Below are positions 11,301 through 19,778 of a stretch of DNA of 64,000 nucleotides, in pieces (positions within the stretch are counted from its first letter, which is position 1; each line of letters starts with the position of its first letter). The position numbers and the translations under genes were made by a program. Where the stretch lies: assembly GCA_964605145.1 (NCBI GenBank), contig CAZSBG010000015.1:373-64372 (forward strand). The letters run 5' to 3'. The notes beneath the pieces were generated by a model, which saw only the letters and a program-made list of their open reading frames with translations, made no database searches and was not told where the DNA came from. This stretch comes from an uncultured Cytophagia bacterium. GTDB lineage: Bacteria > Zhuqueibacterota > Zhuqueibacteria > Thermofontimicrobiales > Thermofontimicrobiaceae.

Positions 11301-11787
11301 TGATCTCACTGCTGCTCAAACTTTTCTCATTTTCAGGATCATGCGTGTAATGCACAAAGGTTTCAGTGGATTTTTCGAATTTATTCAGGCCGTTATATGT
11401 TCCCACCCAGATGAAACCGTCATTATCTTCATAAATTGACCAGATGAAGTGATTACTAATGGAGGTTGTATCATTGGGATCATAGCGATACACTGTGAAT
11501 TTATAGCCATCGAATTTATTTAAGCCATCCTGTGTTCCAAACCAGAGATAGCCCTCGCTATCCTGCATCATACAATTGACCACACTTTGAGAAAGTCCCT
11601 GCTCAAGTGAAAGTCGCTCAAACCGAATATCCTGAATCTGTGCAAAGCCATTAACGCTGAATATTAGTAAAAATAAAATCCGTATTTTAATTTTAATAAA
11701 TCCGTGATATTTTCCGGTCACCGATCTTTTATTCATCCTGCTCACAAGTATATCACGACCTGGATGTATAACTGGCTGTTTAATCAT
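8398..11787 (-). CDS. Periplasmic beta-propeller (Reg_prop/Y_Y_Y) sensor fused to a SpoIIE/PP2C phosphatase
   Basis: Many 'EDxxGxLWIGTxxGLN' repeats, NPGTYIFRVKGSN, a TM helix, then EVGGDYYDF, GDATGHG, SDGLVE and QDDITF. Confidence 0.9.
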   Translation of the reverse strand: MIKQPVIHPGRDILVSRMNKRSVTGKYHGFIKIKIRILFLLIFSVNGFAQIQDIRFERLSLEQGLSQSVVNCMMQDSEGYLWFGTQDGLNKFDGYKFTVYRYDPNDTTSISNHFIWSIYEDNDGFIWVGTYNGLNKFEKSTETFVHYTHDPENEKSLSSSEIREIFQDSDGYLWVGTAEGLNRLEDDGNSFTRFTHDEDDPNSISHNFISAIHEDMSGRLWIGTGDLDAGRGGLNYFDREMNSFRHYTHDPSDPQSLIDDWITSIHEDKNGALWITTDGGLEKFNPEKGTFTHYRIDQGQPESTWRNYMKCIAEDKSGNIWVGTWQWGLNKFDKNTGKFTNYINDPLNPASLSNNKVISLLMDRAGALWIGTSGGGINKYNPVANKFAHVKRYGYPEGHGYNNVRAITVDNNGAIWYGTGLGLNKYDPTLNEFEHFTPEDDNGVLSNFYIQSLLWDNNGMLWIGTVSGLNRYDQQSKKNTAYFHNPNDANSLSHNNITTIIRDDDGTLWIGTVNGLNHFDPDRGVFKRYFNNPENTESLSNNSIKTLLKDREGALWIGTSNGLNRFDPVKEKFTRFKKDTSQYGSISSNDIISIIEDEAGIIWVGTTVGLNEYNAKDETFSNYTMKDGLPNNVIHGILEDSQKNFWVSTNSGLARFNPETGDIRTFDVSDGLQSNEFNVMSYYMDSEGIMYFGGINGFNHFFPDDVKDNAFVPPIVITDFQVLNKTENKSEVSRISLKKDLDQNIQLSYDQNSFSIEFAALCYTFPKKNQFAYKLEKLNKEWVSAGNRHYVTFTNLNPGTYIFRVKGSNNNALWNEEGASIQITVSPPVWRTKWAFILYSLIFVAGVLAVDRVQRKRLIHREREKSKVIEAELRAQAAEAQAKFMQSEDERKTLELEEARKLQLSMLPNDVPDLPDLEIAVYMKTATEVGGDYYDFFESDDGTLNIAVGDATGHGLKAGIMVSAIKWAFTSDVQHLDILEMFEKCTCTIKKMKFGNLFMALTLIKIKNKKLIASSAGMPPFFHYRKETGTVEQIVLKGMPLGAFVDLEYELKELDLNEGDALLFLSDGLVELFNSSKEQFNYDRVQSAFQETAESSSREIIQELVLAGENWCDCQPNQDDITFVVVKIK

Positions 11788-11874
11788 TCAAATACTTTGT
11801 TTTTCCATGTATCCGTTTTTGTTCATTTCTTTTCACCTCACGGCTATCCGACAGTATCGCACCGTATCAATTCG

Positions 11875-12546
11875 TTATTTTTTCCTTGCCCACGTTTTTT
11901 GAATATAACTTTCAGCATCCGGTGTTTTACACGACGTATCTCCATGATCAACATCAACAACACCAATCCGTTTCGCAGCATCTGATGCCAACCTCCTTAA
12001 ATGTGAATTGCGAATTCCGATCGCGATGAGAGCATTATTCATGGCCTCTCTCGTTCTGTTTTTTGCTTCATGAATTTTATTTTCGATGATTTTCACGTAA
12101 CCTTCAAAATAGCTGTCTGGAAGTTCATTTTTTTCCACAGCAATTTTGGCCATTAACATCCATCCGGCCCGACCAATCCACTCATCATCCGATTCTATCC
12201 AGTCCTCCATCTTCGTCTGTTTGAATGGAGTATTGAAAATAACATTTCCAACAAGCGAATCCACAACCATATAATATGAGGTTTCACGAACCCATTTTTC
12301 AGCCAAATTTGGTGTCATATTTTTCGGTTCAGCAATCATTGTTGCCAATGTCTGCGCATCTGCGTTGTTCGTATCCCACAGTTGAATGGCCAATTGGTGA
12401 TCTTTTCTAATCTCTTTTTTCAGTTCTTTGAGATTTGCAAAGCTGACACCAAATTGGTTGTTACCAGCGCCGTGTCTTTTATAGACTTTTCGGTTTTGAG
12501 CCGTGCCCATGGTTTCGAGCCTTTCCATCACCTCGTGAAAATCCAT
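11875..12546 (-). CDS. DNA alkylation repair (AlkD-like HEAT) protein
   Basis: Family-typical motifs FGVSFANLK, MNNALIAIG and IGVVDVDHGDTSCKTPDA. Confidence 0.8.
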   Translation of the reverse strand: MDFHEVMERLETMGTAQNRKVYKRHGAGNNQFGVSFANLKELKKEIRKDHQLAIQLWDTNNADAQTLATMIAEPKNMTPNLAEKWVRETSYYMVVDSLVGNVIFNTPFKQTKMEDWIESDDEWIGRAGWMLMAKIAVEKNELPDSYFEGYVKIIENKIHEAKNRTREAMNNALIAIGIRNSHLRRLASDAAKRIGVVDVDHGDTSCKTPDAESYIQKTWARKK

Positions 12547-12658
12547 GAAATCTCCTTTTTATTTTACAACGATTACGAATATTCATTTATTTCATAAATG
12601 TCATTATCTATTTGATTAAGAATTAACCTGTTTGATTCACTTAAATCTTTTTTTCATG

Positions 12659-13600
12659 CTAAAACCGTTTTTTATAAACATGGCAGTATGGTCTTTTTCC
12701 AGTTTTCTGATAATAATCCTGATGGTAATTTTCCGCAAGCCAAAAATCATCCGCTTCAGTTATTTCCGTTGCCACGTATAATCCTTTATCTTCCAGGATT
12801 TTCACCAGCTTCTCCGCCGTCTTTTTCTGTTCTTCATTGGTATAAAAAACAGCCGAGCGGTACTGATCTCCAATATCCGGTCCCTGGCGATCTACCTGAG
12901 TTGGATCGTGGATTTCGAAAAACAATTTCGCTAACGTTTCAAAATTGGTCTTTGCAGGATCGAATACAACCTCCATTGTTTCTGCGTGGCCGGTGGTGCC
13001 GCTGCACACCTCATTATAAGTGGGATTTGATGTATGTCCCCCCATGTATCCAACATCCGTGGAAACAACCCCTTTCACATCCTTGAAAAGGTGCTCCACG
13101 CCCCAGAAACATCCGCCGGCGAAATAGGCCCGTTGAACATGCTGTTCTGTTTTTGCCTCCTGTTCAGACGGGATGAAATTCAATGAAATGGAATTGACGC
13201 AATGCCTGGTATTTTTATCTGTAAAACCTTCACCCAGGAAAACATGGCCCAGATGAGCGCCACAGTTATTGCAAATAATTTCTGTCCGTATCCCATCAGC
13301 ATCCGGGACTCGTTTTACAGCGCCGGGAATTTCATCGTCAAAACTGGGCCAGCCGCAGTGGGCGTCGAATTTATCGTCCGAGCGGTAAAGCGGGGCATCA
13401 TAACGCTTGCAGGTGTACGTCCCTTTCACATCATGCTTGTAATATTTGCCGGTAAACGGCCGCTCGGTTCCTTTGTGAAGAATCACATATTCTTCTTCTT
13501 TGGTTAACTCATTGTATTTCATTTTTCTTTCCTGTGATATGGTTAAAGAATTTAACATGAAAACCAGAATTAGGGTAAGGAAAAAAATCGTCTTTTTCAT
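12659..13600 (-). CDS. msrAB: Exported bifunctional peptide methionine sulfoxide reductase MsrB-MsrA
   Basis: Signal peptide MKKTIFFLTLILVF; MsrB motifs GWPSF and RHCVNS; MsrA motifs GGCFWG and AENYHQDY. Confidence 0.92.
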   Translation of the reverse strand: MKKTIFFLTLILVFMLNSLTISQERKMKYNELTKEEEYVILHKGTERPFTGKYYKHDVKGTYTCKRYDAPLYRSDDKFDAHCGWPSFDDEIPGAVKRVPDADGIRTEIICNNCGAHLGHVFLGEGFTDKNTRHCVNSISLNFIPSEQEAKTEQHVQRAYFAGGCFWGVEHLFKDVKGVVSTDVGYMGGHTSNPTYNEVCSGTTGHAETMEVVFDPAKTNFETLAKLFFEIHDPTQVDRQGPDIGDQYRSAVFYTNEEQKKTAEKLVKILEDKGLYVATEITEADDFWLAENYHQDYYQKTGKRPYCHVYKKRF

Positions 13601-13634
13601 TTCAATCACCTCTGATATCCCTGTGAATTTATTT

Positions 13635-14489
13635 TTATTGATTTTTAATGAAGGTGCCGTTCCTGAATTCCTGGAATGCAACATCCAATTCTTCCTGACT
13701 GTTCATCACAATGGGGCCACGCCAGGCAATGGGTTCATTGAGGGGCGGGCCGGATATGCATAAAAATCGAACAGGTTCACCTGATGTTTCAATCACGATT
13801 TTTTCACCCTTGTCAAAAATGACCAGTTGACCTTGCTGAACCAATTCTTTTTGCTGCGGGTGAAAAAGTCCCTGCCCCTCAAAGACATAGGCAAATACTT
13901 TATCCTTACTTCGTGTATTTTTTTCGAACGATGTATGGGGTTTCATTGAAATATCCAGAAATTCTGTTTCAACGATCAGATCCTTCACAGGGCCACGGGT
14001 ACCATATATCGTTCCGGCAATGATTTTGATACTGACATTTTCATTAATGGACATTTCCGGAATCTGGTCTTTTTTAATTTCCTGGTAACGCGGTTGCATC
14101 ATTTTCCGGGCGCCGGGTAAATTCACCCATAACTGGAATCCACGCATGTGTCCTTCTACTTTTCTTGGCATCTCCTGATGTACAATTCCGCTCCCGGCTG
14201 TCATCCACTGCACATCGCCGGATTCAATGATTCCCTCATTTCCGATGCTGTCACCGTGTTCCACCACGCCATGCATCATGTACGTCACGGTTTCAATGCC
14301 GCGATGAGGATGCCAGGGAAATCCTGCGAGGTAATCATCCGGGTTGTCCGAACCGAAATCGTCTAACAATAAAAATGGATCCAATAATGGATTCTCATAA
14401 TACCCAAACACTCTGTTCAATTTCACGCCGGCACCTTCCAATGTCGGTTTGGCGTTTAAAACTTTATGAATACTTCTTGTGGTTTCCAT
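13635..14489 (-). CDS. Pirin family protein
   Basis: DPFLLLD, WHPHRGIETVTY, QWMTAGSGIVHQE and GPIVMN. Confidence 0.92.
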   Translation of the reverse strand: METTRSIHKVLNAKPTLEGAGVKLNRVFGYYENPLLDPFLLLDDFGSDNPDDYLAGFPWHPHRGIETVTYMMHGVVEHGDSIGNEGIIESGDVQWMTAGSGIVHQEMPRKVEGHMRGFQLWVNLPGARKMMQPRYQEIKKDQIPEMSINENVSIKIIAGTIYGTRGPVKDLIVETEFLDISMKPHTSFEKNTRSKDKVFAYVFEGQGLFHPQQKELVQQGQLVIFDKGEKIVIETSGEPVRFLCISGPPLNEPIAWRGPIVMNSQEELDVAFQEFRNGTFIKNQ

Positions 14490-14536
14490 TTTCTCACCTA
14501 TTTTACTATTGATATGGTTAACGCTGCCCATAATTT

Positions 14537-15103
14537 TCATGAAGCCTCATACGCTGATTTTAACCAACCTTTTAGCTCTGCATCGACATCCTCAGGTGTA
14601 CCTAACCTCACCCGATGACTGACCATAGCATTAAAGCTTTTAGATGCCTCCAGCCGATCGGTCGGTGCTACGCCCTTCAAGTTGATCCCCACGTCCACTC
14701 GCGTGGCTGTTGAAGGTTGGATAATTGCAAATTGTTTATTCCGCCTCAAACTGACATACGTTTTCTTCGGTGCAATCTGAACATCCCCACCAAATTTTGT
14801 TACCAATTGGATGAGTGCATCATAAACCTTCCGCAGGGCTTCCTTTTTTCCTGAGTACTGTGTGTCAACCAAATCATTTTTAGTCATTTGTTCATTTGAG
14901 GTCTTCTGCAGAAATAAATGCGTAACGGTATTGGCGAAACCATGGGTCATGCCATGTTCCGATTTCAAATATTTTACAATTTCTCCATGTTTGGCTAATT
15001 ATGATATTCCGATAACTTCATGCCACTCCTCCAAATTTTTCCCTGTCTTTTCCTTGAGATTCCGAATCATCGATGCCAGCATTTCTTCCGGTGATTTTGC
15101 CAT
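14537..15103 (-). pseudogene. DUF4287/DUF5655-type protein interrupted by an in-frame TAA at 14999-15001
   Basis: From ATG at 15103: MAKSPEEMLASMIRNLKEKTGKNLEEWHEVIGIS*LAKHGEIVKYLKSEHGMTHGFAN..., continuing in frame into ORF 14537..14968 (PKKTYVSLRRNKQFA). Confidence 0.75.
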
Positions 15104-15131
15104 GCCTCTCGTCCTTTCTTCTGAAAATCGT

Positions 15132-15695
15132 TTATTTGAAAATTAATTTAGCTGAAGCATCTTCCACATAATAAATTTCATGACCATCAATCCATTTCCC
15201 GTTTTTCAGATACTGTGATTTGCTGTGCAAGCGGCCGTCTTCCAGTATTTCTCCGCTTCCCTTCACTTCCGTGATTCCATTTTTATTCCCGGTCACAAAT
15301 TCGTGGCTGACAAATTTATTGCTGTCCATGCTGAATGTGCCCTGTGTGAAAAATCCTGCTGTTGTGAAATAAAAGAATTTCAGTTTCTCCTCTTCTTTTT
15401 CCCACATTACAATGGTTTCCCCGCCGTACTCGCCATCATTCAGCGAATGCATAATTCTTACAGCCTGACCGTTTAAAATCAACTCCAATTTCTGAACATC
15501 AACCGTTGGATTTTCCGCAGTTGAATTCACAAACTCACTGCGCCATGTCTTTCCGATGAAAGGTGAAAGTGGTTTCAAGTGTTCATTCATCAACTTGGTC
15601 TGCACTTCTTTTTCCTGCGCAATTATGCCGGTTTGAAATAATATAAATCCAACCAGTAAGACAAATATGCCTGTTCTAAATTTAGTGTATTTCAT
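15132..15695 (-). CDS. Secreted hypothetical protein (probable beta-barrel/lipocalin-like fold)
   Basis: Signal peptide followed by LKPLSPFIGKTW; no recognised catalytic motif. Confidence 0.6.
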   Translation of the reverse strand: MKYTKFRTGIFVLLVGFILFQTGIIAQEKEVQTKLMNEHLKPLSPFIGKTWRSEFVNSTAENPTVDVQKLELILNGQAVRIMHSLNDGEYGGETIVMWEKEEEKLKFFYFTTAGFFTQGTFSMDSNKFVSHEFVTGNKNGITEVKGSGEILEDGRLHSKSQYLKNGKWIDGHEIYYVEDASAKLIFK

Positions 15696-15796
15696 TCATC
15701 AATCCTTTCTCCATTGAACGGGATATTAGAATATTTTCAACTAATTCAATGGTTTTAGCGCACCGATTTTTGATGATTCTTGACCATCTCAGCAAA

Positions 15797-16630
15797 TCAG
15801 GGCGCAGCGGTAGGATCCCAGCCTGTCACCAAATTTTCATCCAGAGAATCCAATACCCCTAAATCTTCCTCTCTGATACTGAAATCGAATACATTTACAT
15901 TTTCAATAATTCTTTCTTTGTGACTCGATTTTGGAAGCACAATAAAATTATGATCCAAAGCCCAACGAATTAATATTTGGGCCGGTGATTTGTCGTATCT
16001 TTTGGCAATTTTGACCAGCTTGCTGTCATTAAGTTTTCTTCCACGAGTCAACGGACTGTATGCTTCCAAAGCGATTTTAGCTTTATTGCAAAAATCAATT
16101 ACCTCCAACCTGCTCTTAAAATTGTAAGGACTGAGCTCAATCTGATTCACAGCAGGAACCACCTGGCAGTTTTTCAGAAGTTCTTCCAGATGGTGCCCCA
16201 TAAAATTACTGACCCCGATAGCCTTGCATTTGTCCTCCAACAACAGCACTTCCATCGCTTTCCATGATTCAAGCCGAATTCCCTGCACCGGCCAGTGCAT
16301 CAGGTAGAGATCGATATAGTCCACACCAAGCTGTTCCAGGCTGCGTTCGCATGCGTCCAGCGTGGATTCGTATCCCTGGTCGCTGTTCCAGAGCTTCGTG
16401 GTAAGAAAGATTTCTTCTCTGGGAATGTCTCTTTCTCTTATGGCTTTTCCTACCGACACCTCGTTTCCATAAATCCTGGCTGTATCAATATGGCGATAGC
16501 CGGTCGCCAGAGCGTATTTCACCGCGTTTATCGTTTTTTCTCCTTCCGGTATTTGCCAGACTCCAAGCCCAACAACAGGAATTTCATAACCATTATTCAA
16601 GGCCTTTTTCTGATTCATTATTCCAGTCAT
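15797..16630 (-). CDS. Aldo/keto reductase (2,5-DKG reductase-like)
   Basis: GYRHIDTARIYGNE, LTTKLWN, DLYLMHWP, IGVSNF and LPKS. Confidence 0.93.
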   Translation of the reverse strand: MTGIMNQKKALNNGYEIPVVGLGVWQIPEGEKTINAVKYALATGYRHIDTARIYGNEVSVGKAIRERDIPREEIFLTTKLWNSDQGYESTLDACERSLEQLGVDYIDLYLMHWPVQGIRLESWKAMEVLLLEDKCKAIGVSNFMGHHLEELLKNCQVVPAVNQIELSPYNFKSRLEVIDFCNKAKIALEAYSPLTRGRKLNDSKLVKIAKRYDKSPAQILIRWALDHNFIVLPKSSHKERIIENVNVFDFSIREEDLGVLDSLDENLVTGWDPTAAP

Positions 16631-16674
16631 GTTCGCCTCCCGATATAACCTGTTATTCTGCTTTGTTCAATGAA

Positions 16675-17086
16675 TTATTTCGAATCCTGGTTTAGTGCAT
16701 TCTCCAATGCATGCCAGGACAGTGTAGCGCACTTCACACGAACAGGAAACTTCGCAACACCTTTTAACCCCATCAAATCGCCAAAATCATCACAACTTTC
16801 CGGATCAGAAACTCCCCGCATGGCATCAATCATTTCACTGATGGTCTTCTTTGCCTGGTCCACCGATTTTCCCTTCACCGCCTCTGTCATCATTGATACC
16901 GTGGCCTTTAAATTTGAGATATTGGATCGTTTCTTCATCACTCACCCCCAGAATCAATTTACTATGCTCACCGCATACCGGATTATCAAATTCCACCCTG
17001 AAACCCTCACCCTCTATCGCTGCAAAATTACGGGGTTTTCGGTAATGATCCAGCATTACTTCCTGGTATAAATCTTGGAATTCCAT
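16675..17086 (-). pseudogene. sufU: SufU/NifU-family Fe-S assembly protein, frameshifted
   Basis: N-half DLYQEVMLDHYRKPRN...NPVCGE...KFKGHG (ORF 16835..17086) and C-half KATVSMMTEAVKGK...FPVRVKCATLSWHAL (ORF 16675..16941) lie in different frames; the GCAIS motif is missing. Confidence 0.85.
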
Positions 17087-17302
17087 TATCTAACCTGGAT
17101 TATTCATTGTAATTCATTAAGGAATCCAGATAGCCTGAATGGTGCTTAATTCAGAATTCGTTATATCAAACTCTGTTAAATTTTACACACCTCGTTAATC
17201 TCACTAATAACATAAAGTTAAATATATTTAGGTTGAAATCTATGAATAATTTAGGCTAAAAAACTTCTTCGCTTTTTTTACCGTTTCTTCAGATGTATTA
17301 TT
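17086..17302 (-). pseudogene. Probable 3' remnant of a SufS-like cysteine desulfurase, split by MITE copy 1
   Basis: Removing the MITE plus one TA gives ...NNTSEETVKKAKKFFR* with a TAATG stop/start overlap onto sufU. Confidence 0.45.
17093..17256 (-). mobile_element. 164-bp MITE, copy 1 (TA-flanked)
   Basis: Ends ACCTGGATTATTCA...TGAATAATTTAGGC with TA at 17091-92 and 17257-58; similar along its length to 20888-21051 and, reversed, to 28881-29044. Confidence 0.88.
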
Positions 17303-17346
17303 GAAATTAATAAATTATTTTTCATTCGAAATTTGCAGTACTCATT

Positions 17347-17910
17347 TTACGATTTCCATTTGATATTGCAGCCAATGCTCGGTATCTGATTTTCGTCCAC
17401 AGGCTTTCCTGCCAGTATGGCTTCCAGTGCATTTCGAATATCGATGCCTGTCACAGGTACGCTGTTTTCAGGGCGTGCGCCGTCCATTTGACCGCGGTAT
17501 ACGCATTTCAAATCTTTATCAAAGATGAAAAAATCCGGCGTACAAGCCGCGTCATAGGCCCTTGCAACATCCTGAGTTTCATCGTACAGATACGGAAATG
17601 AATACCCCAGTTTCTCTGCAACCAATTTCATTTTTTCTGGTGAATCTTCAGGGTACGACTCCACATCATTTGAATTAATCGCAATGAACGAAATACCTTT
17701 TTTTCGGTAATCATTGGCCAACTCCACAATGCCTTTCTGAACATGCTTCACAAAAGGACAATGATTACAAATAAACATAATGACTGTTGCTCTATCTGAT
17801 TTCAATTCTTTCAACGATTTCATTTCATCACTGATTGTGTCTTTCAGGGTAAAATCCGGGGCTAATGTTCCCAGTTCTATCATGCTTGATGGTGTCCGAG
17901 CCATAGTCAA
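17347..17910 (-). CDS. Thioredoxin-like AhpC/TSA redoxin family protein
   Basis: FICNHCPFV, AYDAACTPDFF and PSIGCNIKW. Confidence 0.9.
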   Translation of the reverse strand: MTMARTPSSMIELGTLAPDFTLKDTISDEMKSLKELKSDRATVIMFICNHCPFVKHVQKGIVELANDYRKKGISFIAINSNDVESYPEDSPEKMKLVAEKLGYSFPYLYDETQDVARAYDAACTPDFFIFDKDLKCVYRGQMDGARPENSVPVTGIDIRNALEAILAGKPVDENQIPSIGCNIKWKS

Positions 17911-17919
17911 ACCTCCTCA

Positions 17920-18336
17920 TTATTTAAATTTTTCATGAAAATCTTTCAACGTAATCTCATCAAATAAACTCTCCAGTTTCGACTGAATGCGTTCCATTGA
18001 TTTTTTGATCGCGCAGTTCTTGTCACGGCCACATTTGCTTGGTCCATTGTCATGAACACAATCCACTAATTTAAATGGGCCATCAACTGCTTTGATCACA
18101 GAACTGACGCTGATTTCTTCCTCTGACTTGTTTAAGTAATATCCACCCCGAACTCCCTGAACTGATACGATCATCTGGCTTCTTGCAAGATTTTGCAAAA
18201 TTTTTCCCATGAGATCCAGTGAAATATTAAACTTCTCCGAAAGTTCTCTGGCCGTCGTTAACTCACCAGGCAACTTCTTTGACATATAATCCAGCGCGAT
18301 CAGGGCGTATTCAACTTTCTTACTGAATTTGAGCAT
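17920..18336 (-). CDS. Rrf2-family transcriptional regulator (IscR-like, three Cys)
   Basis: wHTH with SVQGVRGGYYL; C-terminal DCVH...KCGR..NC. Confidence 0.9.
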   Translation of the reverse strand: MLKFSKKVEYALIALDYMSKKLPGELTTARELSEKFNISLDLMGKILQNLARSQMIVSVQGVRGGYYLNKSEEEISVSSVIKAVDGPFKLVDCVHDNGPSKCGRDKNCAIKKSMERIQSKLESLFDEITLKDFHEKFK

Positions 18337-18340
18337 AACA

Positions 18341-18365
18341 ATACCAGACTAATTTAGTCTTATTT
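18341..18365. promoter_or_regulatory. IscR type-1-like operator, site 1
   Basis: ATACCAGACT-AATTT-AGTCTTATT (GACT-N5-AGTC palindrome) directly upstream of the Rrf2 start. Confidence 0.7.
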
Positions 18366-18403
18366 TTATACAAAAAAAATCCTGATTGGTTCCCGACATC
18401 CAA

Positions 18404-18428
18404 ATACACGACTTTTTTAGTCCTATTT
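18404..18428. promoter_or_regulatory. IscR type-1-like operator, site 2
   Basis: ATACACGACT-TTTTT-AGTCCTATT, a second GACT-N5-AGTC copy just downstream of the predicted -10. Confidence 0.7.
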
Positions 18429-18437
18429 TATATTTAT

Positions 18438-18466
18438 AATATAATCTATCTCGTTTTAAAAGTCAA
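18438..18466 (-). promoter_or_regulatory. Sigma-70-type promoter of the Rrf2 operon
   Basis: TTGACT-N17-TATATT on the minus strand. Confidence 0.6.
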
Positions 18467-18501
18467 GTACTTTTTTTCATTTTTTTGAAAGGCTTTACGG
18501 A

Positions 18502-19611
18502 CTAACGCACAGTGAGCATTGTGGGAATGATTGCGCCTTCAGTGGCCAGATAATATCTCAGCAAGTTCGCGGTAAGGCAGGAATGAACCGGGATGACTGC
18601 GATCAAATCACCAATATTCAGTTTGTTCAGAATTGAATCCGGCATGCGAACCACGCCGTGCTCCTGGGACAGGCAGGAAACGAACGCTCCGGGGATTATT
18701 GAGCCCCAACCTTTTTCTTCCATTAATGCAATATAACCGTAAAGAGTGTCGCCATTTCTATCCACGATACGTTCTTTGGACAAATGAATCGCACCGCCGT
18801 AAATGACAATTTCACCGCGTGAAGCATGTTTGGCAACAATGGGGCAGGCAACCACCACAGCAATATCCGCTTCCTCGCAGACGCCGAGATTGAGCTGCAT
18901 GGCATCGTAAAACACAAAATTCCCGGGCCGAATTTCATCCACGCCGCTGAAATCGTGCACGAGGCTGCACGACGGCGTATCTCCCAAAGACAGTTCGATA
19001 TTTCGAACTCCCTTTTCCCCCAAACGCAATTTCATTGATTGAAGCCGAGCCACAGTTTCATCGTAAATCCGCCGAATTTTTTCCAGCGAGTCTGCGTGAT
19101 AGGCGTGCCCGGAATGGGTGAGCAGCCCTGCGAAATTCAACCGACGCGAGTCCTTCATTTTCTCAATGATTGAGAAAGCAGCCTCAACATCGTCCCAGGA
19201 AGTGCCTGTTCTGTGATAGCCGACATCAACCTTCAGCCAGACATCCGCCGGGGACAGGAGAGTTGCCTCCAAAAACGCGACCGATTCGATGGATTCAACC
19301 AGCAAGCCTAAATTGATCTGCTGAGCCAACAGATTAATCTGAGCTATTTCCCGCACATTGACAGGGAACGCGATCGTAATATCGTTCCAGCCATGGTCCG
19401 CAAAATAGCTGGCCATTTCAACCGACGAGACTGTGATTGCCTCCACACCAAAATCACGAAACCACTCACCAATAGCTGCGGATTGATGCGTCTTAAAATG
19501 GGGGCGAAAGCTGATGTTGCTGCGGTGGGCTTTTTCCATCATTTTTTTGATATTCTGTTTTGCTCTGCTTTTTTCAATAAAGAGCGTTGGTTTTATTATT
19601 AATGAAGTCAT
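18502..19611 (-). CDS. PLP-dependent D-threonine aldolase/D-serine dehydratase (alanine racemase-fold) enzyme
   Basis: FRPHFKTH, GLLTHSGHAY, EIRPGNFVFYD, SQEHG and PVHSCL; start uncertain (19611 or 19635). Confidence 0.85.
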   Translation of the reverse strand: MTSLIIKPTLFIEKSRAKQNIKKMMEKAHRSNISFRPHFKTHQSAAIGEWFRDFGVEAITVSSVEMASYFADHGWNDITIAFPVNVREIAQINLLAQQINLGLLVESIESVAFLEATLLSPADVWLKVDVGYHRTGTSWDDVEAAFSIIEKMKDSRRLNFAGLLTHSGHAYHADSLEKIRRIYDETVARLQSMKLRLGEKGVRNIELSLGDTPSCSLVHDFSGVDEIRPGNFVFYDAMQLNLGVCEEADIAVVVACPIVAKHASRGEIVIYGGAIHLSKERIVDRNGDTLYGYIALMEEKGWGSIIPGAFVSCLSQEHGVVRMPDSILNKLNIGDLIAVIPVHSCLTANLLRYYLATEGAIIPTMLTVR

Positions 19612-19778
19612 TTTTTCCACTGTTAAAGAATTCATTTTGAAAAAAAATAGAGAAGTATTATTGAAGCATTTAACTTTTTTCAAAGATGCAGCTATCTCAT
19701 TTTTAAGCAGGAACAGAGATAACAATCCGTCAAATCCGCGTCATCCGTGTTCCATATATTTTTTAGACATTTGCAAGT

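Noticed and set aside
14999-15001. Stop-codon readthrough, selenocysteine or alternative genetic code
   Set aside because: The codon is TAA, which is used as a normal stop throughout the window, and the position is not a catalytic Cys site.
16835-16941. Programmed frameshift in sufU
   Set aside because: There is no slippery heptamer at the junction and the essential GCAIS residues are missing in all frames, so it is a deletion.
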